Positions 24,201-37,655 of a stretch of 64,000 bases of DNA are shown here, piece by piece. This DNA comes from Marsupella aquatica (lineage: Eukaryota; Plantae; Marchantiophyta). The translations under genes and the position numbers were made by a program. The notes below the pieces were generated by a model. The model was not told the DNA's origin. It was given only the letters and a program-made list of their open reading frames with translations, and made no database searches. Every line of letters begins with the position of its first letter. Positions within the stretch are counted from its first letter, which is position 1. The stretch is from positions 25,109,899 to 25,173,898 of the forward strand of contig OZ316891.1 of NCBI GenBank assembly GCA_973895155.1. The letters run 5' to 3'.

Positions 24201-25064
24201 GTTCAGCTTTGGGCCAATGTTTGCTCCCGTCTCAATTAACCGGCTCCACATGTAACAATCGTTCTTGCGCTCCATCCCAAAGAAGAAACAACCCTTAGAG
24301 TATGGACCAGTAAAGGGTGGCAACTCAAAAATATGGTCTCCATCATAGAATTCTGGCAATCGCAGAACTCTCTCGGGCAATTTCATGCTCAAAATCTTAC
24401 GAGCAGCTTGTACACAACGAGAGGTCCCTTTTCCGTGCAACATGGCATGAACAACACTGACAAGGAACTCATCCTTCCATACCGAATCACCATCTTGGAG
24501 ACCCTCGCAGAGGATGGATGCCTTTGAACGAGGTGTCTCCTTTGGTTGACGATAACAAGCTCCACGATCCTCCCAGAATTGGGATGTGTTTGACTGAGGT
24601 GTATTCATTGGTGAAGGTTCACCATCTCGGAGACCCCCTCTGACATGAATCCCACTGGATCGAGGTGTCTCCTTTGGTGGAGTATCACCATCTCCACGAT
24701 CCTCCCACATTCGAAATGAATTCGACCGAGGGGTACTCGTCCGAGAAGGTTCTTCATGTCGGAGACCCTCTTTGACATGGTGTGCACTTGGTATGCACCC
24801 TATCTTTCTGCAAAGAATATAAGACGCGCCATACTTCAGGTACCACTCTCGCTCATCTCCATCTCCTTTGGATTCAGCAGACATGGACAACCCGTCCTTG
24901 CTCTCCTCATAAATCATGAAATCCCCTACCTTCAAACCAAAACGGCTCGCTACTTCATGTTCCTTAGTCACTCGGACAATGTCAACGTTAGAATTACGAA
25001 AAACAACTACATCCCCCGTTAAAGATGTGATAATCACAAGAGAGGCCATGTTTCCCGAATCCAC
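21214..25064 (-). CDS. MULE-type transposase, two exons (25064-22881, 22692-21214), ~1220 aa: GCM-like Zn domain, DDE core, zf-PARP-like finger, SWIM
   Basis: Phase-0 GTAAGT...TTGTAG intron joins the 731-aa and 491-aa ORFs. Catalytic motifs WVMSDVMH, FMADNA, DAFHW (C/DxxH) and NHSGAESVHA. GCM-like CLGSLRC..C...CTYC...GNHTHP. SWIM PSCSCKDF...PCKYLYW (His changed to Tyr in this copy). Confidence 0.85.
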
Positions 25065-25363
25065 ATAGGGAATGATCTGACATCCCTTAAAACGACAAAC
25101 TTTGAGGCTCAGCGTTAACGCACCTGTACGTACCAGTTACGGCCAAGAATACCGTTCCGGACAACGTGCGTAGAGAAATCGTATGACCCGGAACGATACT
25201 TATAATGAGAATTGTACCGCAAAGAAGGTACCTAATTGCCAGCAGCCGCCAAGAAGGTACATTTCTGTAATGTGTGGATGTGGTACATTCTGCACGTCGT
25301 GGTCTTGAAAGTCCCATCGTGCGGGCCCACAATCCCTCGTGCGGGCCCGATCCCCTCTTTACC

Positions 25364-26195
25364 CTACATCAACTTTTTATCCATACTACTCGGCGAGGGT
25401 CTCTGAGATCTATTTGGGACTCCTGGGGCCCACACTCTTGTGCAAGCTCGAGTTTCACAGTAGGAAATTTGTTGACTTTTCAACATTGACTGTTCAACAT
25501 TGACTCTTCGAGTCGGAGCATCATCGACTTTTTATCCCTACTCCTACTCGGCGAGGGTCTCTGAGATCTATTCGGGACTCCTGGGGCCCACACTCCTGTG
25601 CAAGCTTGAGTTTCACAATAGGAAATTTGTTGACTTTTCAACATTGACTGTTCAACATTGACTCTCCGAGTCGGAGCATCATCGACTTTTTATCCCTACT
25701 CCTACTCGGCGAGGGTCTCTGAGATCTATTCGGGACACTTGGGGCCCACACTCCTGTGCAAGCGAGAGTTTCTCAGTAAGAGATTTGTTGTTTTTGCAAC
25801 ATTGACTGTTCAACATCGACTCTCCAAGTCGGAGCATCATCGACTTTTTATCCCTACTCCTACTCGGCGAGGGTCTCTGAGATCTATTCGGGACACCTGG
25901 GGCCCACACTCCTGTGCAAGCGAGAGTTTCTTAGTAAGAGATTTGTTGTTTTTGCAACATTGACTGTTCAACATCGACTCTCCGAGTCGGAGCATCATCG
26001 ACTTTTTATCCCTACTCCTACTCGGCGAGGGTCTCTGAGATATATTCGGGACTCCTGGGGCCCATACTCCTGTGCAAGCAAGAGTTTCTCAGTAGGAGAT
26101 TTGTTGTTTTTGCAACATTGACTGTTCAACATCGACTCTCCGAGTCGGAGCATCATCGACTTTTGATTCCGTCTCTTACTCGGCGAGGGTCTCTA
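25364..26195. repeat. 158-bp tandem array, ~5.3 copies
   Basis: CGGCGAGGGTCTCT at 25391, 25549, 25707, 25865, 26023 and 26181 (exact 158-bp period). Confidence 0.95.
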
Positions 26196-29100
26196 AGATG
26201 GATTTGGATGTAGGATTCCCAGATTGCCTCCTTGGCGCAGGTCTACTTCAGAGTTTGGTGTCGGTTGTTTGGAGTGCATATCATACTCGGCGAGCCTCTC
26301 TGAGATATATTCGAGCATTGTAAAAGAGAGAAAACGCCGGTCTGTATGGATATTTGCAAAAAAAATTGGATTCATGGTACGGAGAAGCGTTTCTAGTTCC
26401 ATAATCCCATTTGGGCGAGGGTCTCCGAGATATATTTGAGCATTGTAGAGGAAAAAACACCCAATTTGGAGTTGTCGAGTCGTTTTGTACGGATAATTGT
26501 AAAAAGTTTATGGATTTATGGTACGGAGAAGTGTTTCTAGTTCCATAGTCCCATTTTGGCGAGGGTCTCCGACATCTTGGGTCCCACGGCGGGGGACCAC
26601 TAGAAGAAAACCACCCATTCTGAGACCCTCCCCTATGTGACTTGTGCAAGACCTTCATAAATATGCGACTCCAAGTTTGTGGGTGTCATGTTAGTTACAT
26701 CATACCAACTAAGTTTTGGTGAGGCTGTGGGAAGTCATGCTTACAACTTTATCCAATGTCGCTATTGTAACACTGGTAAGTAAGAAATAGGTAAGTTATG
26801 TTAGTTACTCCACAATAGTGCATTGGACATCATTTTTTAAAATTCCGTCAGCATGCATACCCCATTAGCCAATTTCGGATGCCAATCCCTAATGTGCAAC
26901 TCCCGGTGCAACTACATATTGCACACTCATGGTTCAATAAGTCCAAATCTAAATGGGTATAAATATGGGGGTTTTCATCAAAATGGTGGGTACTTTCACT
27001 TATAATGTGGGGTCATACCTGACTATATTTGGCCTTGTTCTTGACCAAAATGCACTCTCCCCACATTGAACTTTTTGCTAAGTCATTTGCATTTGTTCTT
27101 TTATGTCCAAACCAACCTGTTTGCTAAGTCACTCGATGGCTGCCCACATGTGAGGGGTACTACTTTCCCTCAGGGTCAGTGTACCTTGGAGGTTGGTTTT
27201 GCGAGAGAAATTGGGGCCCGTGCCCTAAGTGTTCAGGGTCAGTGTGCCGCGGAGGTTGGTTTTGCGAGGGAAATTGGGAGTCGACGACCTTCATTCCAGC
27301 TGCACTCTTTGCGAACTTCCTGTAGGGGGCAATGAAAGTGTTTGAGCGCGATTGGACTTTAGGGTGCAAATGTGTTTAGGATTGGCCTGCTACGAGCGTC
27401 AGTGTGGAGGTCTGCCAATCAGTTTTGAGGGGAGTCCATTGTCGCTTTTCAACCTGCTGGTGAGCTAAGCTGCTATTGAGTTTCAAGTGAGAGCTGCCGA
27501 CTTGGAGTTGAGCTCTGCGAGGTCGAGCTTGAGTGTACATCTGCTCGACATACTTTTGGGAGCTCACAGTTGGCAGGAGGGCCAAGTCATTGCACAAAAA
27601 GTTGCAGCCGTGACAGTGCAAGCTAGGTAGGCGGAGGCTGGTTACTACAAGCAAGGCGGAGGATCACTGCGAGCTAGGCGGAGGAATGCTACACTGCTTC
27701 ACATTGTCAAGAGACATGCTGCATCGGCCCAAGTAAGGTTGCATTGACCTATCTATCTCTATGTCACCTCTATGTCTGTAAGGTCCTAACCGATAGTGTG
27801 CTTAGTGAGGTCCTGCTTTAAGCTACATTTGTGCGATTGATTGTGTCCTGAGAAGCTTAACCATCACATGGGGGAATGGTAGCGAGAAAGGAGGGGTGGA
27901 GCCTGATGGTCGCCAATATTCAAACAGGGTCGCCTTGCTCGATTTGCAAACTTTCACTTAGGACGTAGATTAAAGCATTAGACTATGGGCTTCAATCGCT
28001 ATGGAAAAGTAGGTTTTTGCTGCGTGGCCCTTCAACAGTTGAGTGGTGTGAGGGCGTGCAAAGACAACGAGAGCTTTGGAAAGTAACTGTCATTCAGCCC
28101 GTCGTCCGAGTTAAGTTGCTGGTTTTGCAGTTTTACAGTAGTGCTTCATGCGCAATTCATGATACGGGCAGTCAGCGGGCTGCGACAATGTAGAGCCTGC
28201 GACAGCATTTTGTGAGTGTTGCAAGGTGGGTTTTCTTTGTTTGCTCTTCTATTCTTGGCTGTCAGTCGATTATTCACCCCATCTCGTAGTGCATTTTCTT
28301 TTGTCTTCGTCTTTGGAATCCCTGCTGGGACACGGTCGTAGTAAGCGGAAGAGGTGATCAGGTCCTGGGTTTATCTTTTCTTGAGGTTTGTGTAAGAGCC
28401 GGGATCTGTATTTTGGGACAAAGTAGTGTATGGGAGCTGCAGGGCATCTTTTTAGGGTATGAGATTTTGGTCATGGTACGTAGTGGAATAAGATGGATTT
28501 GCGAACTGGGAGCTTGGATTTACAGAGTTAGGCCTTTGAAAACATATTTTTCTTCTTCATCATTTCTTCCCCTCGTGTCACTATGCACCAAATAATCCAC
28601 GGAGAAATCGTTGTATTCTATAAGGAAGTGAGGATTGGTGACAATATTGTGATACTTTAGGACGTGTTTGTGAACGTTCGCTGGTGTAGCGATCACCCGG
28701 GAATATGTGTTTTATAGCTGGAGTTTTCGATTCTCCAACTAAGTTGCTGATCCTTCCTCGACCTGCTTCATCTTGCAAAAGATTTGCTTCTAGCTCATTG
28801 ATGAGGCGGTAATCGTAGTAGGCGTGACTATCGAATAATTTCAGGGCTCTGAAGAGTCACCCGTGGCAGAGAACAATGATTTTGAACATCTTGAGAAAGA
28901 GTTTCAAGCAAGATCCTTTGGCTTTGCCTTGGGTGATAGCGAACACATGTGTGTAGGCTTCCACACAACGGCGTTCCATGATCTTGGAACCCACTTGCTT
29001 TCTGGAAGTGACTATCCAGAACCTGGGGTCCTCCGGTGGTAGCCTTATCCCAAGGTTTTTGATGTTGCTTCAAAGTTGCTTTGAGCTGTCGTCTCAGTAT

Positions 29101-29711
29101 CCATTTTCGCATCTTGGATTCGATAGTACTGAAGAGAGTGCCTGAGTTTCAATTGTCCTAAGAGATATCTCAATTCTCTAAGACGTCCGATTGTCAAGTA
29201 CAATGTCAAGACTGAGCTGCCAAGATGCAGGTTCATGCATGAACACTCTGTATTTACCTTACCTCGAATATGAGATCCTGGCATTAACGAATGACGACAA
29301 TGTGTTTGCGTGTCCTTTCTGCCCTGTCCCAGCTCAGAATGACTACTCGTAAAGAGCTGCAAAGGCAAAATTGTTTTCGTGTTCTTCAGATTGGCATGCA
29401 ACAGTTTTCTCAACAATAATTTAACTATGGGGTGCAACCACAATGAAGTGCACGAGGGCGGAGGGAATCACAGAAATTCACCGGGGGCAGCTGCATTGAC
29501 TTCTTGATCCATCGCATGCCTTGCTTGCTTCTGATGATCAAGGGTTGTTTTTTGCGTAGGCCAAGGGCCGCATTTTTGAGGACGCACACATGCGAGTTGG
29601 CCCTTATTGTATTGAGTAGTATTTGACAGGTTCCCTGTTGAAATTAGATCTGATCTTGGTTTTTGTTGTCGTTCTTTTCCTTCTCTCTATACTAATGCTT
29701 TTGTTTGCCAG

Positions 29712-29824
29712 GACGTCACAGTGATGGGGTCGTTTGATAATTGGATGCGAGGTGAATCCTTGTCTCCAGAGAGTACAGGAACATTCACAAATTTCTCCGC
29801 TACACTCAAATTGCGGCCAGGCAG
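29712..29824 (+). pseudogene. PTST1: Captured exon of a CBM48 protein, PROTEIN TARGETING TO STARCH 1-like
   Basis: DVTVMGSFDNWMRGESLSPESTGTFTNFSATLKLRPG, flanked by CAG and GT splice sites. Confidence 0.75.
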
Positions 29825-30326
29825 GTGGGTGGCTTTTCTTTCAGTCAACCATGAAGTAGGTCGTGTGTTTTTTCTCTTGAAGTTGGCAATTTTATGCTTC
29901 TCGATTCGTTCAACAGTGCGATGAGAAGTGAGGTTACTCCAGTATCTATGTGCACTACGGACCCTCCTGTCCGAATAGTTCACTATTGAATTGGTCCTGG
30001 ATAGATTCGACTATTCAGTTCCCAATTCCAAAGATTCCATCCACTGCCGGTAGATTTTATCCATCCGGCAGATTGTAGAGTCGCTAGCAGAAATAGTCGT
30101 ACTGTACTAACTAGGAAGCATGTGAAGAAGTAGTGTTCACAACCTCGTACTCTCGAATTACAACGTTGGAGGTGAATTGTAACTCTCCGTCCATCTGTAC
30201 TATGTTTTTAGATCGTAGCAGTTGACCCGAGTGTTTGTCCTTAACGCAGTTACCAGACAGATGCTCTTGTGTTGGTCTGATTCGGAGTTGAGAATGCAGC
30301 AGGTCGAAACTGGTGCAAATTTATGG

Positions 30327-30640
30327 ATCAAAGGATACCAGGTTTGGAGTCGAGGCAATTCGAGGGCTCTTACACTCCAAGGTGTTGATGAATTACCGAA
30401 TGCTGAGAAGGTTACCATGGGCCCAAAGGTGTAGAAGACATCTGCTTAACGTAATTATTGTCCGTCCCTCATAAAATTATGTCTAGGTGTGTCGTAGGTG
30501 CGTGACATCCTTGTACCAGTCACTCATTGCTTTGTGAATCTGTAACTCTTTTCCAAGGTCAAAATGTGGTTACAGAGCAAAGTTTTGGTTATCGTGAAGT
30601 TAAGAAGGATGGTGTGACGGTGGCAAAGGCCTTTTGCAAA
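30327..30640 (+). pseudogene. HSP60: Captured two-exon fragment of chaperonin-60 N-terminus (mitochondrial HSP60-like)
   Basis: KDTRFGVEA..RALTLQGVDELPNAEKVTMGPK, an intron at ~30429-30556, then GQNVVTEQSFGYREVKKDGVTVAKAF. Confidence 0.85.
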
Positions 30641-32373
30641 CTTGCCTATGGATCCTTGTCCTCCTATTTCACCTCACTGAAATTCTCGTTGTTCTTTCTT
30701 CTTTAACGTATAGATGAGTGCTATGTTGGAGGACGGAAAGAATCTTTACAATGAAGACGCTCCGTTAATCTTATTTGGTTGCTGCTCTAGAGCCTTTTCA
30801 TCCAAATTAATGAAAACATGACTACCTCTGTTTAGTATATTTGTCCAAACACGCTGCAGGATTGGAAGCTCGGTTACTATGGTGAGAGAGACACCACGGT
30901 CCCCCAGGTGCTCTTGATTGCTTCCGTCTGTCGTCTCCCCCTCTGTAGTTATAGCATAGTGTTGTGAATCAGTGCAGCAATGATGTGAGAAAATTATTGG
31001 TGTCACGTTGATGGGTGGGCGGCAGTGGGATAATCGATTAGGCACCGAAGGAACGAAATGAAAGAATGCCGTAAGGGCGCAATCGGATCTCTCTCACTCT
31101 CTCTTTCAACGCCAGGGGTCCAGGATCTTTGCATGCGACCATAACTATACCCAGAACTGTATGATCCAAGGGCCGCCAGAATGTTGTACAATGATGGTGG
31201 ACCACCTGGTGCTGTGGTTGACGAAGAAAAGAACGTGCCCTGCTTAGACACTCTTCGCGCACACAGCCCTTTTGCCATCACAGGTTGGTCTAGTTGTGCA
31301 ATTCTGCAAAAATTTCAGACAACAAATGCGGTCCTTGCCGAACACGATGCTCAACAGGATGGTGGAAGTTGCAAGAGTCTCCTAGAAGTAGTGGAAGGCA
31401 TGAAGCTTCAAAGCATTCATAGGATTGACAAACCGGTCTAGCTGTATGCACACTAATGTAGTGTATAACCAAGCTGTACGCACACTAATGTAGTGTATAA
31501 CCAAGCTGTAGATATTTCTAAAGGAAACTGTGGCCCAAATGCTAATCCCTTGACTTCTGGAGGTCACCTGTCTACAAAGCTGTACGCACACTAATGTAGT
31601 GTATAACCAAGCTGTAGATATTTCTAAAGGAAAATGTGGCCCAAAATGCTAATCCCTTGACTTCTGGAGGTCAGGAGATCTTATTTTGGTTGTTATAGCC
31701 AGCCGCATATTATTCCTTTTTTGATGTGAATTTTTACATTCCTGTAATCTGCCTATTCAGCTTGTCTTTCTTCAATCTTGGTGTATTTTACGATGGATGT
31801 AATTGTTTCTCCCAAAGAGTTCTCCTTCAGATATCTTGTCTGTCTGAAATCTTTTACTTCCATGCCGGCTTTGTAAATTCTTCACCCCCATGGGTCTTGT
31901 CGTTTCGGAATTTGGGGGCTTCCATATGCTTGACTATTCAGCTCTTAGTGCAGATGGTTTTCTCTTGACCATCAGCATTTGGCCAAAGGGTGTCTTTGCA
32001 ATCACAGTAGATACGTGTACAGTCTTGAATCAGAGTCAATGCGTTTTGGTGCCTGACTAAAACATTGTTGATGCAGAAAAAGAGAGGAGGTTCGCCACTT
32101 GCTACAAGAATCACCGCAGTCGCTTGATGATCAAATGAATGATGCAATGCAAGATGGCGGGATTCCTGGGGATCCTAATATGATCCTGCAGTGAGTTTGT
32201 GTGACATGAATAGTTCAATGTGGCACTGAAATTGTGATTGTATTTTCATATTGGAATGTTGCAGAACCACAGAATTTTCAAAGAAACGAAAGGAGTATGC
32301 AAGAAGGGTGTCCAACACTATCTCTGGGCGTGTGCGTCGGAGTGAAAGGTTGAGCAAGAAGGTGGTACCTACA

Positions 32374-35300
32374 ATGGCAGAATGTGGAGATGACATGGAT
32401 GCTGCACAGGTGGGTGCAGACACTAGACAAGAAGATGCAGATGATGAGTATTTTCCAGAGGAAATGGATGAGGATGGGGGTTATGAAGATGAATACATTG
32501 CAGAGCAGCCCCAAAAGAAACAGGTAAGTAGTTTTCCCAACAAGGTTTTGAGTTAAAAACTCTTATTTGGAGGTTTCATATGTTCAGTACTACACATATG
32601 TACCTTGCTTAGTTCCTGACATTGTAGTTGGTGATGTGATGCAGCGTCCTGCCAGTTCTGTTTTGCCTTCAAAGCCTGTGCATGCACCATACCAGCAGGG
32701 GGGGCTGACCTTTGATCAAGGTTGGCAAGGTGGTAGTAGTGGTAGATCCCAGGCTGGTGCCCAATACTATGGCAGGGGGCAAGCTCTAGGTTATGCCCAT
32801 GGTAGAGGCAGAGCAGGTCCAAACCCACAGTCTCGTGGGTTTGGACGTCCACCTCAACCATGGGGATGTGAGTATATATCTATATGCCAGTTCTTTGTGA
32901 AGGCATGACACTCCTGAATTTCAGACTGCATATCAATTTTTGACATTGTTTGGGATGTATTGGATTCAGACAACATGAAATTTTGTCCACCTACCATTGC
33001 ATGCAGATTCTGCCCAACCTGATTGGGCAAATGCTAGTAATGATCAGTTCCAATGTCCACAAGGACAAACATGGGTTGAACCAGGTTGGGAGGATGGTGG
33101 TGGGTCGTGGAATGAACAAGGTTGGGAAGGTGGTGAAGGTAATTGGCAAGGATATCAAAATACAGTACCTACAAACGTTGGAAGAGGGGCAGGTAATGTC
33201 TGATCTTGTCAGCAATGGAAGAACCCATTATATCTGGAGTCCATTCACGTGGGGGGGGATTCTGCACATGTATAATGATAGAAAATGTATGTGTGTAGGT
33301 TGGACAGTCGAACCATCGACTCAAGTATTCACTAATGCCCCTATGCAGATGCAGCACGGAAGGGGGACAGGTATGTCGGTGAATGTTCAGTTGTTTTCCT
33401 ACAGTTTGTACTTAGTTTTCAGTACATATGTTTGCACACACATACCTAGAAAGTGACATCATTCGGCCCCTGTACTAGGCTGGACAGGTGGTCCAGGGTC
33501 GCAACAATTTCAGAGTGCAGTCCCTGCACAGGCATCTACAGGCAGAGCTACAGGTATGTATGTTTGAAGAATTCTTCTTGAAGTGAAGCATTGAATGTTG
33601 CCGTCATCCATTCTGCTGTATGTAGTTCTCAAGCATGAATGGCATTGTATTTTCCCAGGTGGCTTCAGAACCCCAGGTAGGGTGAATGAAGGGGTGGCCA
33701 ATACAACGCCCAGTACTACCGAGAGCAGTGCACGAGGGGAGGTGACAAAGAAAGGGAACGTAAAGTTGAATGAGAGACAATGGGTGGATGCTGAGTGTCC
33801 TCGCAAGAACCGATGGCATGCTAATTTGAAAGCTGAAGTATTGCGTTGGTTAGATGTGAGTGTTATTAATTTTAAAAAACAGCATCCAAAAGATTGGAAG
33901 ACTGTATGTGAAAATGTTGCTGGCAAATGGAATTATGTGGGCAGTGATGATGGCGTGGACATAGGTTGCCTAGAGAGTACAGCAGGTAAAATCATCAAGC
34001 AAGAGAGGTGGAGAATGCATAAGGCTTGGAAGGAAGGTGGGGAGAAGCCAGATATGCCTCCACCAGCCAGTTGTGATGATAAAGTGTGGGCAAGGTTAGT
34101 AGCTTATTTTGTAACAGATGCTTCAAAAAAGAAGAGTTCACAGATGACCGAGGCCAGGTTGAGTGTTCAGAACCCTAATCTGACAGGAAGGACCGGCACT
34201 GCACCGACAGCTAAACGTTTGGTAAGAATGAATGGCCTAGCTATGTAATTTATGCTACACTATGTACTGTTTTTTAGTGTAAACCCATACATGTAAACTT
34301 TGTTTTTTAGTGTACATTCCCTGAATATTGATCGATAACTTGTGTTTGCCATGCATGTGCAGAAACCCCAATTGGGGCAAAGCCCTTCAAAAGAAGAGTT
34401 GAGGGCCAAAATTGTGAACACCCGAGCTCAAGAGGGTGTATCTGAATCCTCCAAGCATGTAAGTTATATGAGTTCTGATTGGTAATTGAATGACCTGCGT
34501 TGAATTTCAGGTGTACACTGTATATAACATTGATTGTGCATATATTGCCCAACATTTCATATGGAGTGATTGAACCTATACCCATGTGTCATGTAGGGAG
34601 GTGGATCTTTACTTACAGAGATAAGTGGTCGTTTGAAGGCTGTCGAAACATGTCTTCCAGAGATCAATGAACGTTTGAATTCATTGACTGACTTGTTCCA
34701 TGTGAACTTCAAGACATTAATGGAAGCTGTTGTGTCGGTGAGAGATAAAATTGATTCCAATTCTGCAGGAGTTCCACCATCACCACTTGAGGTGGCAAAG
34801 TCGATGCACTCTTCTGGCATGCCAACGACATGTAGGCTTGAAGGTAAGGCCTTTACAACTGTGTGGGATATGATTATTAAATGTATAGTTTGAATTGACA
34901 TTGTTTGTTGAATGTGTTATTTTTAGTAACATATATTGTGGTTGTTGTGTCCATAGAGAATAAGACAGGTGCTACAGAGAAGAAATATGAGAACCTGGCA
35001 AATACTCGCTGTAATTTAGAGGCAACAAAGTTGCAGTTTGTACAAGCAACTTGTTTGACAGAGGGCAGTCAACCATGTTTGGATAAGGATGACATTGGCA
35101 AGGGAGTGGATGATATCAATGTTGGGGCAAATGAGGATATCAGCAAGCATGACAAGGATACCATTGAGCCAGATTCATGCTATGTAGATCTTGACTCCAT
35201 TGCAGAGATAAATGATTTGCAGAATGTATCATTCTCAATGATAGGTGTGCCTCTTGTTGAGATAAATCCAACCAAAGAGTTAGTTGGTATGACACTCCCA

Positions 35301-35753
35301 GGTGATGAACCTGCTACTGTGACAGTCCTAATAGAGGAACCTACTGAGCCTAGCTTCACTACTGTGAAGAGAGGAAGCATGCGCACACGAAGCAAGTCTG
35401 CTGGTGGGAGCAAAGCCACGTCAAAGGTTTCATACAAACCTCCAAGAACAGTGCTGGCAGAAAGATCTAAAGTGGAAGTGGGGAAAGCACCTAATGCTGA
35501 GGGACAAAGTGGCTTGTTAGCTATTGATGAGAGTGGAACACGAGTAGGATTTGGCAGAGTGCAGGTTGGTTCCACAACGTTCCATGGCAAGAGGATTCCC
35601 CCAAGTTATTCAGTAGTGTTAGTCACATTACTAGTGAAACCTAAAGTTGTCCTTCCCATTCCAAACACAAATGATGATCCTCCTCAAAAGACACTTGGAG
35701 ATGCTGCAGGTTCTTTGGTATTATGGCCAAGCAAGTTCATAGAGGATCCATAA
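32374..35753 (+). CDS. CACTA TnpA/ORF2-like multi-exon gene
   Basis: Several GT-AG exons. Ptta/Transposase_24-like segment (VWARLVAYF...KKSSQMTEARLSVQNPNLTGRTG) and Tnp1/Transposase_23-like C-terminus (FHGKRIP...V.LPIP...TLGDAAGSLVLWP). Exon borders not all resolved. Confidence 0.7.
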
Positions 35754-37310
35754 CAATGTCATGCCATTATTTGTTTGTAGTGTGAGTCATGTCATGTAGA
35801 TTTTAGATGTCAAGAAGCAGTACAAGAATCATGTCCTCTTGGAGATTCATAGTATCATGCATGTGCTTTCAGTTATCTCATCCTGCAGTCATCAATTATG
35901 AGTTCCTGTTTTGTCTGAATTACATTGATCACATTGTAAACTATTCCATTGGAATTTAAATGATCTTCATTTTTTAGCAAGATTGTGATTGTGTTTAATT
36001 CTTATGAATGTTTTATGTAGGATCTGCTTATATGATGCTTTGTTTCATGTGGATGTCATTCATGCTATGTTCATTTCTTGTATTCAATGTGTTATATTTC
36101 TAAAGTTAGAACATCAGTTTCTATGTATTGTAATGTGGAGTGCTCTCTCTCCTTATGAACTGTCCCTCTCTGTTCATTAGTCATGGTTATAACTTGCATG
36201 TGAACCTTATTAGTTATAAACATGAGTATATAGAGTCCCAAATGGTTTTGTTGTGTGACGCGGGCCAGGGTCTCCATTGGTCTCTCCTGTGACACTAAAT
36301 GGTCACACGCTAGTCGTTGTTGAATGCGGGTAAGTCATGTATGTGACTTACTATGTGACTCGCTGAAGTCATATTGCAGTCACGTAGAAACAAGGCTAGA
36401 CTCCACAATAAAGTCACAGATCAGTCACAAATGGGTATCAAGCAAGTTGCAAAGCCCAGTATCAATAGTGACTTCCATTTTTTGGTCTCAACTTTTGCAA
36501 CTCCAAGGGTCACAGCGTGGGTCAAGTCACGTTGAGTCACAATGAAGTCACATGAGCCAAAATGAGTCACATATTGCGGTCTCAGTTCACCTCGGATTCT
36601 TCTAGTGGACTAATGCCTCTCAATTCCATCTCGGAGAGGGTCTCCGAGAGACACGATGCCTGATCTGCCTTACCTTTCCTCCCGTGATATGGTCCAAGAG
36701 TTTAGAGGCATTGCCATTTCATGCACACTACTCCTTCTCGAAGAGGGTCTTCGAGAGTACAAGGTGTCTGAAGTTCTTCATCTCCCTAGATAAAGTGAAG
36801 ACATTTGGGGCACACCTTTCTATGTTGGTGAGGGTCTCTGACATGGAGCAGGGGTATTTTGGATTTAGATTGTCAACTTCCTTGTCCACAATCCTCTTTT
36901 GCGAGTGTCTCAAAACAGGATGACTGCCAGATGTGGCACACCACGCCATCTCGGAGAGGGTCTCCGAGATCTATCGGTGCTGTCTCATTGCAGCTTTGTA
37001 TACCCCACCCAAGGGTATATAGGTTTAGGGTTTAGAGGTCTTTGTCAATCCCGCTATCCATTCTCGGTGAGGGTCTTTGAGATTTGGACTCGTATTGTGG
37101 GCCCCCATTCCCTCTTTGGGACGAGGCTCCAAGATGTTGACACGTCTCAGTATTGGCCCGCTATCCATTCTCGGCAAGGGTCTTTGAGATTTGGACTCGT
37201 ATTGTGGGCCCCCATTCCCTCTTTGGGACGAGGCTCTGAGATGTTGACACGTCTCAGTATGGGCCGCAATTAATTGTTGGCGAGGGTCTTTGAGATTTGG
37301 ACCCTAAATC

Positions 37311-37655
37311 TCATACCCCCGTACTGGGCCGTAAACCCTAGAACCTTACGTACTTTCTTGTTTGGCCGCGTACTTTCTTGTTTGGCCCGTTAATTAACAA
37401 GATGTACGTTCTCTAGTATAGTTCGGATCTCCCGTATCCATGTACTTGTGTGCGGTGCGGTACCGGGGATCTCTCGTATCCATGGAGTACTTCCATGCGG
37501 TGCGGTACGTGCGGTACGAGGGTCCTTCCTTACTCTTCCTCGTCACCGGTGCGGTACGTGCGGTACGAGGGTCCTTCTTCCTTACTCTTCCTTGTCACTC
37601 TTGCTCTTCACGCTTTGTTAGGGCTTTCAACGTCGTTCTCACTTATCCCTGCGCT
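37311..37655 (+). promoter_or_regulatory. Upstream module of the ParB-like gene (paralog of 19741-19985)
   Basis: Shares GTACTTTCTTGTTTGG, TAACAAGATGTACGTT, GTGCGGTACG repeats and TTCTCACTTATCCCTGCGCTT with the reverse complement of 19741-19985. Confidence 0.55.

Larger units (their letters stand above)
26598..36607 (+). mobile_element. Complete non-autonomous CACTA element (10,010 bp) with captured host exons
   Basis: TIRs CACTAGAAGAA / TTCTTCTAGTG, 3-bp TSD GAC (26595-26597 / 36608-36610) and GTGAC/GTCAC subterminal repeats. A TnpA-like gene is present but no TnpD. Confidence 0.92.

Noticed and set aside
31440-31672. Local direct duplications (also 1758-1830 and 37050-37270)
   Set aside because: Simple short tandem duplications with no sign of function.
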